A DNA stretch of 64,000 nucleotides, taken from Eledone cirrhosa (lineage: Eukaryota). Positions 28,701-44,800 of this stretch are shown piece by piece; within the stretch, counting starts at the first letter, position 1, and every line of letters begins with the position of its first letter. The position numbers were made by a program, and so were the translations under genes. A model generated the notes under the pieces. The model did not search any database and was not told the origin of the DNA. It saw only the letters and a list, made by a program, of their open reading frames with translations. The stretch is from contig OZ024744.1 in NCBI GenBank assembly GCA_964016885.1, positions 53,444,001-53,508,000 of the forward strand. Direction: 5' to 3'.

Positions 28701-31700
28701 TCAAACTAACTTTACTATGATCACCAGCTCTCTCAGCAACATCACTATGACCACCAGCACTCTCACCAACAAAACTATGACCACCAGCACTCTCACCAGC
28801 ATCACTATAACCACCAGCACTCTAACCAACATCACCAATATGCCTATGAAAACCAGCACTCTCACCAACATCACTATGACCACCAGCACTCTCACCAACA
28901 TCACCAATATCACTAAGACCACCAGCACAGTCACCAACATCACCAACATCACCAACATCAGCAACATCACCAACATCACTATGACCAACAGCACTCTCAC
29001 CAACATTACTATGACCACCAGCTCTCTCACCAAAATTTCTATGACCACCAGCACTCTCACCGACATTACTATGACCGCCAGCACTCTCAGCCACATCACC
29101 ATTATCACTATGACCACCAGCACTCTCAGTAACATCACTATGACCAGCAGCACTCTCACCAACATGACTATGACCACCAGCACCCTCATCAGCATCACGA
29201 ATATCACTATGAACACCAGCACTCTCATAAGCATCACTAACCACCAGCACTCTCACCAACATCACCCATATCACTATGAGCATCAGCATACTCACCAAAA
29301 TCGCAATGACCAGCAGCACTCTCACCAACATGACTATGACCAGCAGCACTCTGACGAACTTCCCTATGACCAGCAGCACTCTCACCAAAATCATTATGCC
29401 ACCAGCTCTCTCAACAACATCACTATGACGACCAGCAACCTCACCAACATCACCAAAATCACTATGACCACTAGCTCTCTCACCAACATCACTATGACTA
29501 CGAGTACCCTCTTCAAAATCACTATGAACACCAGTACCCTCTCCAACATTACCAGTATCACTATGGTCAGCAGCACTCTCACCAGCAACACTATCACCAC
29601 CAGCACTCTCACTAACCTCACCAAATTCACTATGACCACCAGCACTCCCACCAACATCACCAACATCACTATGACCCCAGCACTCTCACCAACATCACTA
29701 TGACCACCAGCACTCTCACCGACATCACCAACATCACTATGACCCCAGTACTCTCACCAACATCACCAAGACCATCAGCACCCTCACCAATATCACCAAT
29801 ATCACTATGACCACCAGCACTCTCAACAACATAACCAATATCACTATGACCACCAGCATACTCTCCAACATCACCAACGTGACTATGACCACAAGCTCTC
29901 TCACCAAAATTGCTAAGAACACCAACACTCTCACCAACATTACTATGACCACCAGTAACCTCATGAACATAACTATGAACACCAGCTCCCTCACCAACAA
30001 CACTATGACCACCAGCACCCTCATCAACATCACTATGACCACGAGCACCCTCACCAACATTACTATGACGACCAGCACTCGCTCCAAAATCACTATGACC
30101 ACCAGCACTCTCACCAACATTACCAACAACACTATGAACGCCAGCACTCTCACTAACATGACTATAACCAGCAGTTCTCTCACCAACATCACTATGACCA
30201 CCAGCACTCCACCAATATCACCAATATAACTATGACCACCAGCATTCTCACCAGCATCACTATGACCACCGTCACTCTCACCAACATCAGCAATATCAGT
30301 ATGACCACAAGCACTCTCAACATCATCACCAACTTCACTATGACCAGAAGCACTCTCACCAACATCACTACGACCACGAGCTCCCTCACCAACATCAACT
30401 ATAACACTATGATCACCAGCACTCTCACCAGCATCACTATGACAACAAACACTCTCATCAACATTAATCTGACCACCAGTACTCTCTCCAACATCACTAT
30501 GACCACCAGCACTCTCACCAACATCTCTATGACCACTAGCACTCTCACCATCATCACCAATATCACTAGGACTACCAGCACTCTCCTCAACATATCTATG
30601 ACCAGCAGCTCTCTCACCAACATCACTATGACCACCAGCACTCTAACCAACATCACTATGACCACCAGCACTCTCAGCATCACCACTTTGACCACCAGCA
30701 ACCTCACCTACATCACCAATATCACTATGACCACCAGCACTCTGACCAATATCACTATGACCAACAGCACTCTCACCCACAACACTATGACCACCAGCAC
30801 TCTGACGAACTTCCATATGACCACCAGCAATCTCCCCAAAATCCCTATGACCACCAGCTCTCTCACCAACATCACTATGACCAGGAGCACCCGCACCAAC
30901 ATCAATATGAAAACCAGCACCCTCTCCAACATCACCAGTATCACTATGACCACCAGCACTCTCAACTACATCACCAACATCACTATCACCTCCAGCACTC
31001 TCACTAACATCACTATGACCACCAGTACCCTCACCAACATCACCAATATCACTATGACCACCAGCACTCTCACCACCAGCACTCTCACTAACATCACCAA
31101 TATCACTATGACCACCAGTACTCTCACCAACAACACTATCACCAACATCACTTTCACCAGCATCACTATAACCACCAGCACTCTCACGAAGATTAATCTG
31201 ACCACTAGCACTCTCTCCAACATCACTTTGACCACGAGCTCCCTCACCAACATCAACAATATCACTTTGATCACCAGCACTCTCAACAACATCACCAATA
31301 TCACTATGACCACAAGCACCCACAACAACATCACCAACATCACTATGACCACCAGCACTCTCACCAACATCACTATGACCACGAGCTCCCTCACCAACAT
31401 CAACAATATCACTTTGATCACCAGCACTCTCACCAGCATCACTATGACCACCAGCACTCTCTCCAACATCACTTTGACCACCAGCACTCTCACCAACATC
31501 TCTACGACCAAGAGCACTCTCCTCAACATATCTATGACCAGCAGCTCTCTCACCAACATCACTATGAGCACCTGCACTCTCACCGACATCACTATCACCA
31601 CCAACCCTCTCACCAACATCCCTATGAACACCAGTACTTTCAGCACCACCACTATGACGACCATCAACCTCATCTACATCAAAAATATCACTATGACCAC

Positions 31701-34700
31701 AAGCACTCTGACCAATATCACTATAACCAACAGCACTCTCACCCACATCACTATGACCAGCAGCATTCTGACGAACTTCTATATGACCAGCAGCACTCTC
31801 CCCAAAATCCCTATGACCAACAGCTCTCTGACCAACATCACTATGACCACGAGCACCCTGACCAACATCACTATGAACACCAGCAACCTCACCAACATCA
31901 CCAGTATCTCTATGGTCAGCAGCACTCTCGCCAGCAACACTATCACCACCAGCACTCTCATTAACATCACCAATATCACTATGACCACGAGCACTCCCAC
32001 CAACATCACCAACATCACTATCACCCCAGCACTCTCACCAACATCACCTTGACCACCAGCACACTCACCAACATCACCAATATCACTCAGAGCACCAGCA
32101 CTCTCGCCAATATCACTATGACAACCAGCACGCTCACCAACATTACTATGACCACCAGCTCACTCACCAACATCACTATGACCACCAGCACTCTCACCAA
32201 CAACACTATGACAACCAGCACTCTCACAAATATCACTATGACAACCAGCACTCTCACCAAAATCACCAATATTACTATGACAACGAGCATTCTCACCAAC
32301 ATCACTATGACCACCAGCACTCTCACCAGAAACACTATGACCACCAGCACTCTCACCAAAATCACCAACATCAGTATGAGCACCAGCACACTCAACATCA
32401 CCACTATGACACCCAGCATTCTCACCTATATCTCTATGAGCACCAGCACTCTCACCAACATCACTATGACCAACAGCACCCTCACCAACATCACTATGAC
32501 AACCAGCATTCACACCAACATTACTATGAGCACCAGATCTCTCACCATCAGCACTATAACCACCAGCACCCTCACTAACATCACCAATATCACTATGATC
32601 ACCAGCACACTCACCAGCATCACTATGACCACCAGCACTCTCACGAACATTACTCTGACCACCAGCACTCTCTCCAACATCACTATGACCACCAGCACTC
32701 TCATCAACATCACTATGACCACCAGCACTCTCACCAGCATCACCAATATCACTATGAATACCAGCACTCTTCTCAACATGTATATGACTCGCAGCTCTCT
32801 CAGCAACGTCACTATGACCACCAGCTCTCTCACCATCACCACTATGACCACCAGCAACCTCACCTACATCACCAATATCACTATGACCAACAGCACTCTC
32901 ACCCACATTACTATGACTACCAGCACTGTGACGAACTTCCCTACGACCACCAGCACTCTCCCCAAAATCCCTATGACCAACAGCTCTCTCACCAACATCA
33001 CTATGACAACGAGCACCCTCATCAATATCACTATGTACACCAGCACCCTCACCAACATCACCAGTATCTCTATGGTCAGCAGCACTCTCACCAGCAACAC
33101 TATCACCACCAGCACTCTCACTAACATCACCATTATCACTATGACCACCATCACCCTCACCAACATCTCCAATATCACTATGACAACCAGCACTCTCACT
33201 AACATTACTATGACAACCAGCTCTGTCACCAATATCACTATGACTACCAGCACTTTCACCAATATCACTATGACTACCAGCACTCTCATCAACATCACTC
33301 TGACCACCAGCACTCTCACCAATATCCCTATAACCACCAGCATTCTCACCAACATCACTATGATTACCAGCACCCTCACCAACATCACCAATATCACTAA
33401 GACCACCAGCACACTCACCAATATCTCAATGACTACCAGCACTCTCCTCAACATTTCTATGACCAGCAGATCTCTCACCAACATCACTATGACCACCTGC
33501 ACTCTCACCAACATCACTATCACCACCACACATCCCTACAACATCACTATGACCACCAGCACCCTCATCAACATCACCAATATCACTATGGCCACTAGCA
33601 TTCTGACCAATATTACTATGACCAGCACCACTCTCACCATCATCACTATGACAACCACCACTCTAACCAATATTACTCTGACCACCAGGACACTCATCAA
33701 CATCACTATAACCACCAGCACTCTCACAAACATCAACAATAACATTATGAGTACCAGTACTCTCAACAACATCACTAACATCAACATGACCATCAACACT
33801 CTAACCAGCATCACTATGACCACCAGCACTCACAGCAACATTATTATGACCACCAGATCTCTCACTAACATCACTATGACCACCAGCAATTACTATGACG
33901 ACAAACATTACTATGACGACCAGCACACTCTCCAATATCACTATGAGTACCAGCACTCTCACCAACATTACCAACAACACTATGACAGCCAGTACTCTCA
34001 TTAACATTACTATGCCCACCAGCACTCTCAACAACAACAGTATGACCACCAGCACTCTCACCAACATCACTATAACCACCAGCACTCTCACCAACATCAC
34101 CAATAAAACTATGACCACCAGCACTCTCACCAACATTACTATGACTACCAGCACTCTGACCAACATCACCAACATCACTATGACCACCAGCACTCACAAC
34201 ATCACTAAGACAACCATCATTCTCACCAGTGTCACTATGTCCAGCAGCACTCTCAACAACATCACCAACAACACTATGACCACGAGCTCCCTCACCAACA
34301 TCACTATGACCAGGAGCAACCTCACCAACATCACTATGACCACGAGCTCCCTCACCAACATCAACAACATCACTATGATCACCAGCATTTTCATCACCAT
34401 CACTATGATCACCAGCACTCTCACGAACATTACTCTGACCACCAGCACTCTCTCCAACATCACCATGACCACCAGCACACTGACCAACATCAATATGAGC
34501 ACCACCACCCTCACCAACATCACCAATATTACTATGACCTCCAGCAATCTCACCAATATCAGTATGACCACCAGCAGACTCACTAACATCACTATGACCA
34601 CTAGCACCCTCGGCAACATTAATATGACCACCAGCACTCTCACCAATATCACCAACTTCACCATGACCACCAGCACTCTCAACGACATTACTATGACCAG

Positions 34701-35379
34701 CAGCACTCTCACCAATATTACTATGACCACCAGGACTCTCATCAACATCACTATAACCACCACCACTCTCAACAACATCACCAACATCACCATGACCACC
34801 AGCACTATAACTACCATCACTATGACCACAAGCACACTCACTAACGTCAGCAATATCACCAACATCAATATGCCCACCAGCACTCTCACCAAAATCATTA
34901 TAACCACCAGCACTCTCACCAACATCACCAATGTTACTATGACCATAAGCACTCTCACCAACTTTACTATGACCACCACACCCTCAGGAACATCACTATG
35001 ACCACTAGCACCCTCACCAACATTACAATGACCACCAGCACTCTCACCAACATCACCAACATCACTATGACCAGCAGCACTCTCTCCAACATCACTATGA
35101 CCACCAGCCCTCTCACCAACATCACTTTGACCACCAGCTCCTTTACCAACATCAACAATATCACTATGATCACCAGCACACTCAACGGCATCACTATGAC
35201 AACCAGCACTATCACCAACATCACTATGACCAACAGCACACTCACCATCATCACTATGACCACCAGCACTATCACCAACATCACTATGACCACTAGCACC
35301 CTCACCATCATTAATATGACCACCAGCACCCTCACCAACATTACCAGTATCCCTATGACCACCATCATTCTCACCAGCT

Positions 35380-38300
35380 TCACTATGACCACCAGCACTC
35401 TCACCAACATCACCAATATTACTTTTACCAGCACCACTCTCACCAACATTACTACGACCACCAGTACTCTCACCAACATCACTATGACCACTAGCACCCT
35501 CACCAACATTAATATGACCACCAGCACCCTCACGAACATCACCAGTATTACTATGATAACCAGCACTCTCACCAACATCACTACGACCACCAGTACTCTC
35601 ACCAACATCACTATGACCACTAGCACCTTCACCAACATTAATATGACCACCAGCACCCTCACGAACATCACCAGTATTACTATGATAACCAGCACTCTCA
35701 CCAATATCACCAACATCACCATGACCACCAGCACTCTCACCAGCAAAACTATGACCAACAGCACTCTCACCAACGTCACCAATATCACTATGACCATAAG
35801 CACACTCACCAACTTTACTATGACCACCAGCACCTTCAGAAACATCAATATGACCACTAGCACCGTCACCAACATCACTATGACCAGCAGCACTCTCTCC
35901 AACATCACTATGACCACCAGCACTCTCACCAACATCACTATGACGACCAGCACTCACCAAAATCACCAACCTCAGTATGACCACCAGCACACTCAACAAC
36001 ACCACTATGACCCCAGCATTTTCACCTATATCTCTATGACCACCGGCACTCACACCAACATTACTATGACCACCAAATCTCTCACCAACATCACTATGAA
36101 CACTAGCACTCTCACCAACATCACCAATATTACTATGTCCACCAGCACTCTCACCAACATCTCTATGACCACCAGCACCCTCATCAACATCACTAAGACC
36201 ACCAGCACACTCACCAACATCACGAACGTCACTATGACCACCAGCACTCACAGCAACATTACTATGACCACCAGATCTCTCACCAACATCACTATGACCA
36301 CCAGCACTCTCAACGACATTACTATGAACACCAGCATTCTCACCAACATCACCAATATCACTATGACAACCAGCACTCTCACCAACATTACTATGACCAC
36401 CAGCACTCTCACCAATATTACTATGACCACCAGGACTCTCATCAACATCATTATAACCACCACCACTCTCACAAACATCACCAATAACACTATGACTACC
36501 AGCACTGTCAACAACATCACCAACATCACTATGACCACCAGCACTCTCACCAACGTCAGCAACATCACCAACATCACTATGACCACCAGCACTCTTACCA
36601 ACATTACTATGACCACCAGCTCTCTCACCGCAATTGCTATGACCACCAGCACTCTCACCAACATCATTATAATCACCAGCACTCTCACCAACATCACCAA
36701 TATTACTATGATCATAAGCACTCTCAACAACTTTACTATGACCAACATCACCCTCAGAAAAATCACTATGACCACTAGCCCCCTCACCAGCATTACTATG
36801 ACCACCAGCACTCTCACCAACATCACCAACATCACTATGACCAGCAGCACTCTCTCCAACATCACTATGACCACCAGCACTCTCACCAACATCACTATGA
36901 CCACAAGCTCGCTTACCAACATCAACAATATCACTACGATCACCAGCACACTGACCAATATCAATATGACCAATAGCAGCCTCACCAACATTAATATGAC
37001 CACCAGCACCCTCACCAACATCACCAGTATCACTATGACCACCATCATTCTCACCATCTTCAATATGACCACCAGGACTCTCACCAACATCACCAGTATC
37101 ACTATGACCACCCCCACTCTCACCAACATCATTATGACCACCAGCACTCTCACCAACATCACCAATGTCACTATGACCATCAGCACTCTCACCAACATCA
37201 CTATGACCACCAGCACCCTCACGAACATCACTATGACAACCATCATTCTCACCAGCGTCACTATGACCACCAGCACTATCACCAATATCACCAATGTCAC
37301 TATGACTACAAGCATTCTCAACAACATCACCAACATGACTATGACCACCAGCACTCTCACCAACGTCACCAATATCACTATAGCCACCATCACTCTCACC
37401 AACATTACTATGACCACAAGCACTCTCACAAACATCACCAATATTACTATGACCACCAGCACTCTCACCAACAACACCAAAATCAGAATTACCACCTGCA
37501 CACTCACCAACATCACTATGGCGACAAGCACCCTCTTCAACATCACTAATATCCCTATCATCACCAGCACTCTCACCAGCATCACTATGGCCACCAGCAC
37601 TCTCATCAACATCACCAACATCACTATGACCTCCAGCACTCTCACGAACATTACTCTGACCACCAGCACTCTCACCAACATCACCAATATTACTTTTACC
37701 AGCACCACTCTCACCAACATTACTACGACCACCAGTACTCTCACCAACATCACTATGACCACTAGCACCCTCACCAACATTAATATGACCACCAGCACCC
37801 TCACGAACATCACCAGTATTACTATGATAACCAGCACTCTCACCAATATCACCAACATCACCATGACCACCAGCACTCTCACCAGCAAAACTATGACCAA
37901 CAGCACTCTCACCAACGTCACCAATATCACTATGACCATAAGCACACTCACCAACTTTACTATGACCACCAGCACCTTCAGAAACATCAATATGACCACT
38001 AGCACCGTCACCAACATCACTATGACCAGCAGCACTCTCTCCAACATCACTATGACCACCAGCACTCTCACCAACATCACTATGACGACCAGCACTCACC
38101 AAAATCACCAACCTCAGTATGACCACCAGCACACTCAACAACACCACTATGACCTCAGCATTTTCACCTATATCTCTATGACCACCTGCACTCACACCAA
38201 CATTACTATGACCACCAAATCTCTCACCAACATCACTATGAACACTAGCACTCTCACCAACATCACCAATATCACTATGACCACCCCCACTCTCACCAAC

Positions 38301-38845
38301 ATCATTATGACCACCAGCACTCTCACCAACATTACCAATGTCACTATGACCATCAGCACTCTCACCAACATCACTATGACCACCAGCACCCTCACGAACA
38401 TCACTATGACAACCATCATTCTCACCAGCGTCACTATGACCACCAGCACTATCACCAATATCACCAATGTCACTATGACTACAAGCATTCTCAACAACAT
38501 CACCAACATCACTATGACCACCAGCACTCTCACCAACGTCACCAATATCACTATAGCCACCATCACTCTCACCAACATTACTATGACCACAAGCACTCTC
38601 ACCAACATCACCAATATTACTATGACCACCAGCACTCTCACCAACAACACCAACATCAGAATTACCACCAGCACACTCACCAACATCACTATGGCGACAA
38701 GCACCCTCTTCAACATCACTAATATCCCTATCATCACCAGCACTCTCACCAGCATCACTATGGCCACCAGCACTCTCATCAACATCACCAACATCACTAT
38801 GACCTCCAGCACTCTCACGAACATTACTCTGACCACCAGCACTCT
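35380..38845 (+). repeat. Compound duplication A-x-B-A'-B'
   Basis: A (~35380-36130) recurs at ~37660-38270: TACTTTTACC at 35420/37691 and CTCAGTATGA at 35971/38113. B (~37095-37670) recurs at ~38270-38845: CCCCCACT at 37111/38284 and ATGGCGACAAGC at 37518/38691, offset 1173. Confidence 0.88.
35451..35708 (+). repeat. 129-bp tandem doublet (4 monomers)
   Basis: ACTACGACCACCAGTACTCTC...ATGATAACC begins at 35451 and 35580. The paralogous A' block has a single copy. Confidence 0.88.
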
Positions 38846-41800
38846 CTTCAAAATCACTATGAACACCAGCACTCACACCAACATCACTGTGATAACCAGC
38901 ACGCTCACCAACATTACTATAACCACCAGCTCTCTTACCAATATCACTATGACCACCACCATGCTCAACCACATCACTATGACCACCAGCACTCTCACCA
39001 ACATCACCAATATCACTATTACCACCAGCACTCTCCCTAACATCTCTATGACCACCAGCACCCTCACTAATAACCCTATGATCACCAGAATTCTCACCAA
39101 CATCACCAATATCACTATGACCACCAGCACACTCACCAACATCACCAACATCAATATGACCACCAGTACTGTCACCAACGTGACTATGACCACCAGCACC
39201 CTCATCAACATCACCAATATCACTATGACCACCAGCATTCTCACCAACATCACTATGAGAACCAGCACTCTCAACAACATCACCAACATCACTATGACCA
39301 CCAGCACCCTCACCAACATCACCAATATCACTATGATCACCAGCACTCACACCAGCATCACTATGAACACCAGCACTCACCAACATCACCAACATCACTA
39401 TGACCACCATCACACTGACCAACATCAATATGACCACCAGCACTCTCATCAATATCACTATGACCATTAAGTCACTGATCAACATCACTATGACCACCAG
39501 CACTCTCACCAATATAACTATGACCACCATTACTCTCACGAACATTACGATCAACACCAGCTCACTCACCAACTTCACTATGACCACCAGCACTCTCTCC
39601 AGCATTACTATGAACACCAGCACGCTAACCAACATCACCAATATCACTATGACCACCATCAATCTCACCAACATCACTATGATGACCAGCAGGCTCACCG
39701 ACATCACCAACATACTATGACCACCAGCATTCTCACCAACATCACCAATATCGCTATGACCACAAGCACTCTGACCAACATTACTATGACCACCAGCATT
39801 CTCTCCAACATCACTATGACCACCAGCATTCTCACCAGCGGCACTATGACCACCGGCACTCTCACCAACATCACCAATGTCACTATGACCACCAGCACTC
39901 TGACCAACATTACTATGCCTACCAGCATTCTCTCCAACATCACTATGAACACCAGCAATCTCAGCAACATCACGATGACCACCTGCACCCTCACCAACAT
40001 CACCAATATCACTATGATCACCAGCACTCTCACCAGCATCACTATGAACACCAGCACCCTCACCAACATCACCAAGATCACTATGCCCACGAGCACTCTC
40101 ACCAATATCACTATGACCACCAGCACTCTCAACAATATCTCTATGACAACCAGCACGCTCAGCAATATCACTATGACCAACAGCACTCTCACCAACATCA
40201 CCAATATCACTATGACCACCAGCACTCTCACCAACATCACCAACATCAATATGACCACCAGCACTCTCACCAGCGTGATTATGGCCACCAGCACCCTCAT
40301 CAACATCACGAATATCACTATGACCACCAGCATTCTCACCAACATCACTATGGGCAACAGCACTCTCAACAACATCACCAACAGCACTATGACCACCAGA
40401 ACTCTCACCAACATCACTATGACCACCAGCACCCTCACCAATATCACCAATATCACTATGATCACCAACACTCTCACCAGCATCACTATGAACACCAGCA
40501 CTCTCACCAACATCACCAACATCACTATGACCACCATCACACTGACACACATCAATATGACAACCAGCACTCTCACTAACATTACTATGACAAACAGCTC
40601 TCTAACCAACATCACTATGACCACCAATACTCTCACCATCATCACCAATATTACTATGTCTACCATACTGCCCTCAACATTTCTATGACCACCAGCTCTC
40701 ACCAACATCAATATGACCACCGGCACTCTAACCATCACTACTATGAACACCAGCACCCTCACCAACATCACCAATATTACTATGACTAACAGCACTCTCA
40801 CCAACATCACTATGACGCCCAGCACTCTCACCAACATCACCATGACCACCAGCACTCTCACCAAAATCACATATATCACTATGACCATCAGCACTCACAA
40901 CAACATTACTATGACCACCAGCACTCTCACCGACATCACCAATATCACTATGACCACCAGCAGTCTCGACAACTTCACTATGACCACCAGAACTTTCACC
41001 AACACCAGTATGTCCACCAGCACACTCATCATTATCACTATGACCACCAGCACTCTCACCAACATCACTATAACCACCAGCACTCTCACCAACATCACTA
41101 TATCCGCCAGCTCTCTCACCAATATCACTATGACCACCAGCACTCACCAACTTCACCAATATCCCTATGACCACCAGCACTCTCACCAACATCACCAATA
41201 TCACTATGACCACCAGCACTCTCACCAACATCACCAATATAACTATGACCACCAACACACTCACCAACATCACCAACATCATTATGACAACCAGCACTCT
41301 CACCAGCATCACTATGACCAGCAGCACTCTCAGCAACTACACCATTATCACTATGACCACCAGTAATTTCACCAACATTACTTTAAATACCACCTCTCTC
41401 ACCAATATCACTATGACCACCAGCATGCTCAGCTACATCACTATGACCACCAGCACTATCACCAACATCACCAATATCACTATGAACCCCAGCACTCTCA
41501 CCAACATCACCAACATCACTATGACCACCAGCACCCTCACCAACATCACCAATATCACTATGATCACCAGAACTCCCACCAACATCACCGACATCATTAT
41601 GACCACCATCACACTGACCAACATCACTATGAGTACAGCACTCTCACCATCATCACTATGACCACCAGCATCCTCACCTACATCACCAATATCACTATGC
41701 CCACGAGCACTCTCACCAATATCACTATGACCACCAGCATGCTCACCCACATCACTATGACCGCCAGCACCCTCACGAATAACCCTATGACCACCAGCAC

Positions 41801-44800
41801 TCTCACCAACATCACTATGACTACAAGCACTCTCAAAATCATCACTCTGACTACCAGCACTATGACCACATCAATATGACCACATCACTATGACCTCGAG
41901 CACTGTCTCCAACATCACTAAATTCACTATGAACCCCAGCACTCTGACCAACATCACTATGTCCACCAGCACGCTCACCAACATCACCAATATCACTATG
42001 ACCATCAGCACTCTCACCAACATCACCAATATCACTATGACAACCAGCAGTCTCGCCAACAACACTATGACCACCACCAGTATCACCAACACCACTATAA
42101 ACACCAGCTCTCTCACCAAATTCACTATGACCCCGAGCACTGTCACCAACATCTCTATGACCAGCAGCACTCTCATCAACAACACCAATATCACTATGAC
42201 CACGAGTAATTTCACCAACACCATTAAGACCACCAGCACTCTCACCAATATCACTATGACCCCCAGCAGGCTCAGCTACATCACTATGACCACCAGTACT
42301 ATCACCAACATCACCAATATCACTATGACCCCCAGCACTCTCACCAACATCACTATGACCTACAGCACCCTCACGGACATCACCAATATCACTATGACCA
42401 CAAGCACTCTCAACAACATCACTATGATCATCAGCACTCTCACCAACATCACTATGACCACTAGCATTCTCTCCAACATCACCAATATCACTATGACCAA
42501 CAGCACTCTCACCAACACCCTATGACAACCAGCACGCTCACCAACATCACCAATATCTCTATGACCACCAGAATGCTTACCAGCATCACTATGACCAGCA
42601 GCACTCTTAGCAACAACAACAATGTCACTATGACCACCAGCACTATCACCGACATCACTATGACCATCCGGGCGTCTCAACAATATCAATATGACCACCA
42701 GCACTCTCACCATTATTACTATGACAACCAGCACTCTCACCAACATTACTATGACAACCAGCACCCTCACTAATATCCCTATGACCACCAGCACTCTCAG
42801 CAGCATTACTATGACCACCGCACTGTCATCAACATCACCAACATCACCAACATCACTATGACCAGCAAAATTCTCACCAGCATCACCAATATCACTATGA
42901 CAACCAGCACACTCACCAACATCACCAATATCACTATGACAACCAGCACTCTCACCAACATCGCTATGACCACCTGCACTCTCACCAAAATCACATATAT
43001 TACTATGACCACCCGCACCCTCAGAAAATCACCAACATCAATATGACCAACCGCAGTCTCGACAACTTCACTATGACCACCAGCACTTTCACCAACATCA
43101 ATATGACCACCAGCACTATCACCAATATCACAATGACCACCAGCACACTCACGAACATTACTATAACCACCAGCCCTCTCACCAACATCACTATGACCAC
43201 CAGCATGCTCACCAACATCACTATGACCAGCAGCACTCTCAACAACATTACCAACATCACTATGACCCCCAGCACTCTCACCAACATCACTATGAACACC
43301 AGGACCCTCACCAACATCACGAATATCACTATGACCACCAACACTCTCACCAGCATCACTATGACCAGCAGCACTCTCAACAACAATACCGATATCACTA
43401 TGACCACCAGCACTATCACCAACATCACAATGATCAGCAGCACTCTCACCAATATCACTAAGACCACCAGCACTCTCACCAAAATCACATATATCACTAT
43501 GACCACCAGCACTCTCACCAACATTACAATGACCACCAGTACTCTTACCAACATCACTATGACTAGCAGCACTCTCAGCAAAATCATCATTATTACTATG
43601 ACTACCAGCACTCTCCCCAACATCACTATGACCAGCAACAGTTTCACCAATATCACCAATATCACTATGACCAACGACCACCAGCACTCTCACCAACATT
43701 ACTATGACAAGCAGCACTCTCAGGATCATCACTATGACCACCAGCACTCTCACCAACATTACTATGACCACCAATACTCTCACCAACATAACTATGGCCA
43801 CCAACACTTTCAGCAACATAACCATTATTACTATGACAACCAGCATTCACACTAATATCCCTATGACCACCAGCACTGCCACCAACATCAACATTATCAC
43901 TATGACAACATATACTCTCACCAACATCACCAATATCACTATGATCACCCGCCATCTCACCAACATCACCAATATAACTATGACCATCAGCACTCTCACC
44001 AACATCACCAACATCACTATGACCCCCAGCACTTTCACTAACATCACCAATATCACTATGACCTCCAGCTCTCTCAGCAATATCCCTATGACCACCAGCA
44101 CTTTCACCAGCATAATTATGACCACCAGCACTGTCACCAACATCACCATTATCACTATGACAACCAGCACTCTCACCATCATCTACCAAGATCACTATGA
44201 CCACCAGCACTCACCAAGATCAATATGACCACCAGCACTGTCACCAACATAACCATTATCACTATGACCACCAACACTCAACGCCATCACCAATATAATT
44301 ATGCCCACCAGCACTCTCAACAACATCGCTATGACCACCAGCACTCTCACGAAAATCACCAACATCACTATGACCATCAGCAGTCTCGACAAATACACTA
44401 TGACCACCAACACTTTTACCAATACCACTATGACCACCAGCACTATCACTAATATGACTATGACCACCAGCTCTCTCACAAACATCACTATGACCACCAG
44501 CACTGTCAGCAACATCACTATGACCACCAGCACTCTAACCAGCATCACCAATATCACTATGAAACCCAGCACTCTCACCAACATCATTATGACCATCGGC
44601 ACCATCACCAACATTACCAATATCACTATGACCATCAGCACTCTAACCAGCATCACTATGACCAGCAGAACTCTCACCAATATCGCTATGACCACCAGCA
44701 CTCTCAGCAAAATCACATATATCACTATGACCACCAGCACTCTCACCAACGTTACTGTGACCACCAACAATCTCACCAACATCATTATGACCACCAGCAC

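Noticed and set aside
34998-39470. 1490-aa Thr-rich ORF (also 51925..56058 and 57106..60273) as mucin or adhesin CDS
   Set aside because: Starts and stops are set by frameshifts within the repeat, and there is no signal peptide, anchor or folded domain. It is kept only as a hypothesis in findings.
34194-40550. 2118-aa minus-strand ORF as a gene
   Set aside because: It alternates between SDVGESAGGH and VMLVRVLVVI registers at frameshifts, has no unique domain, and overlaps an equally long plus-strand ORF. Openness is intrinsic to the monomer.
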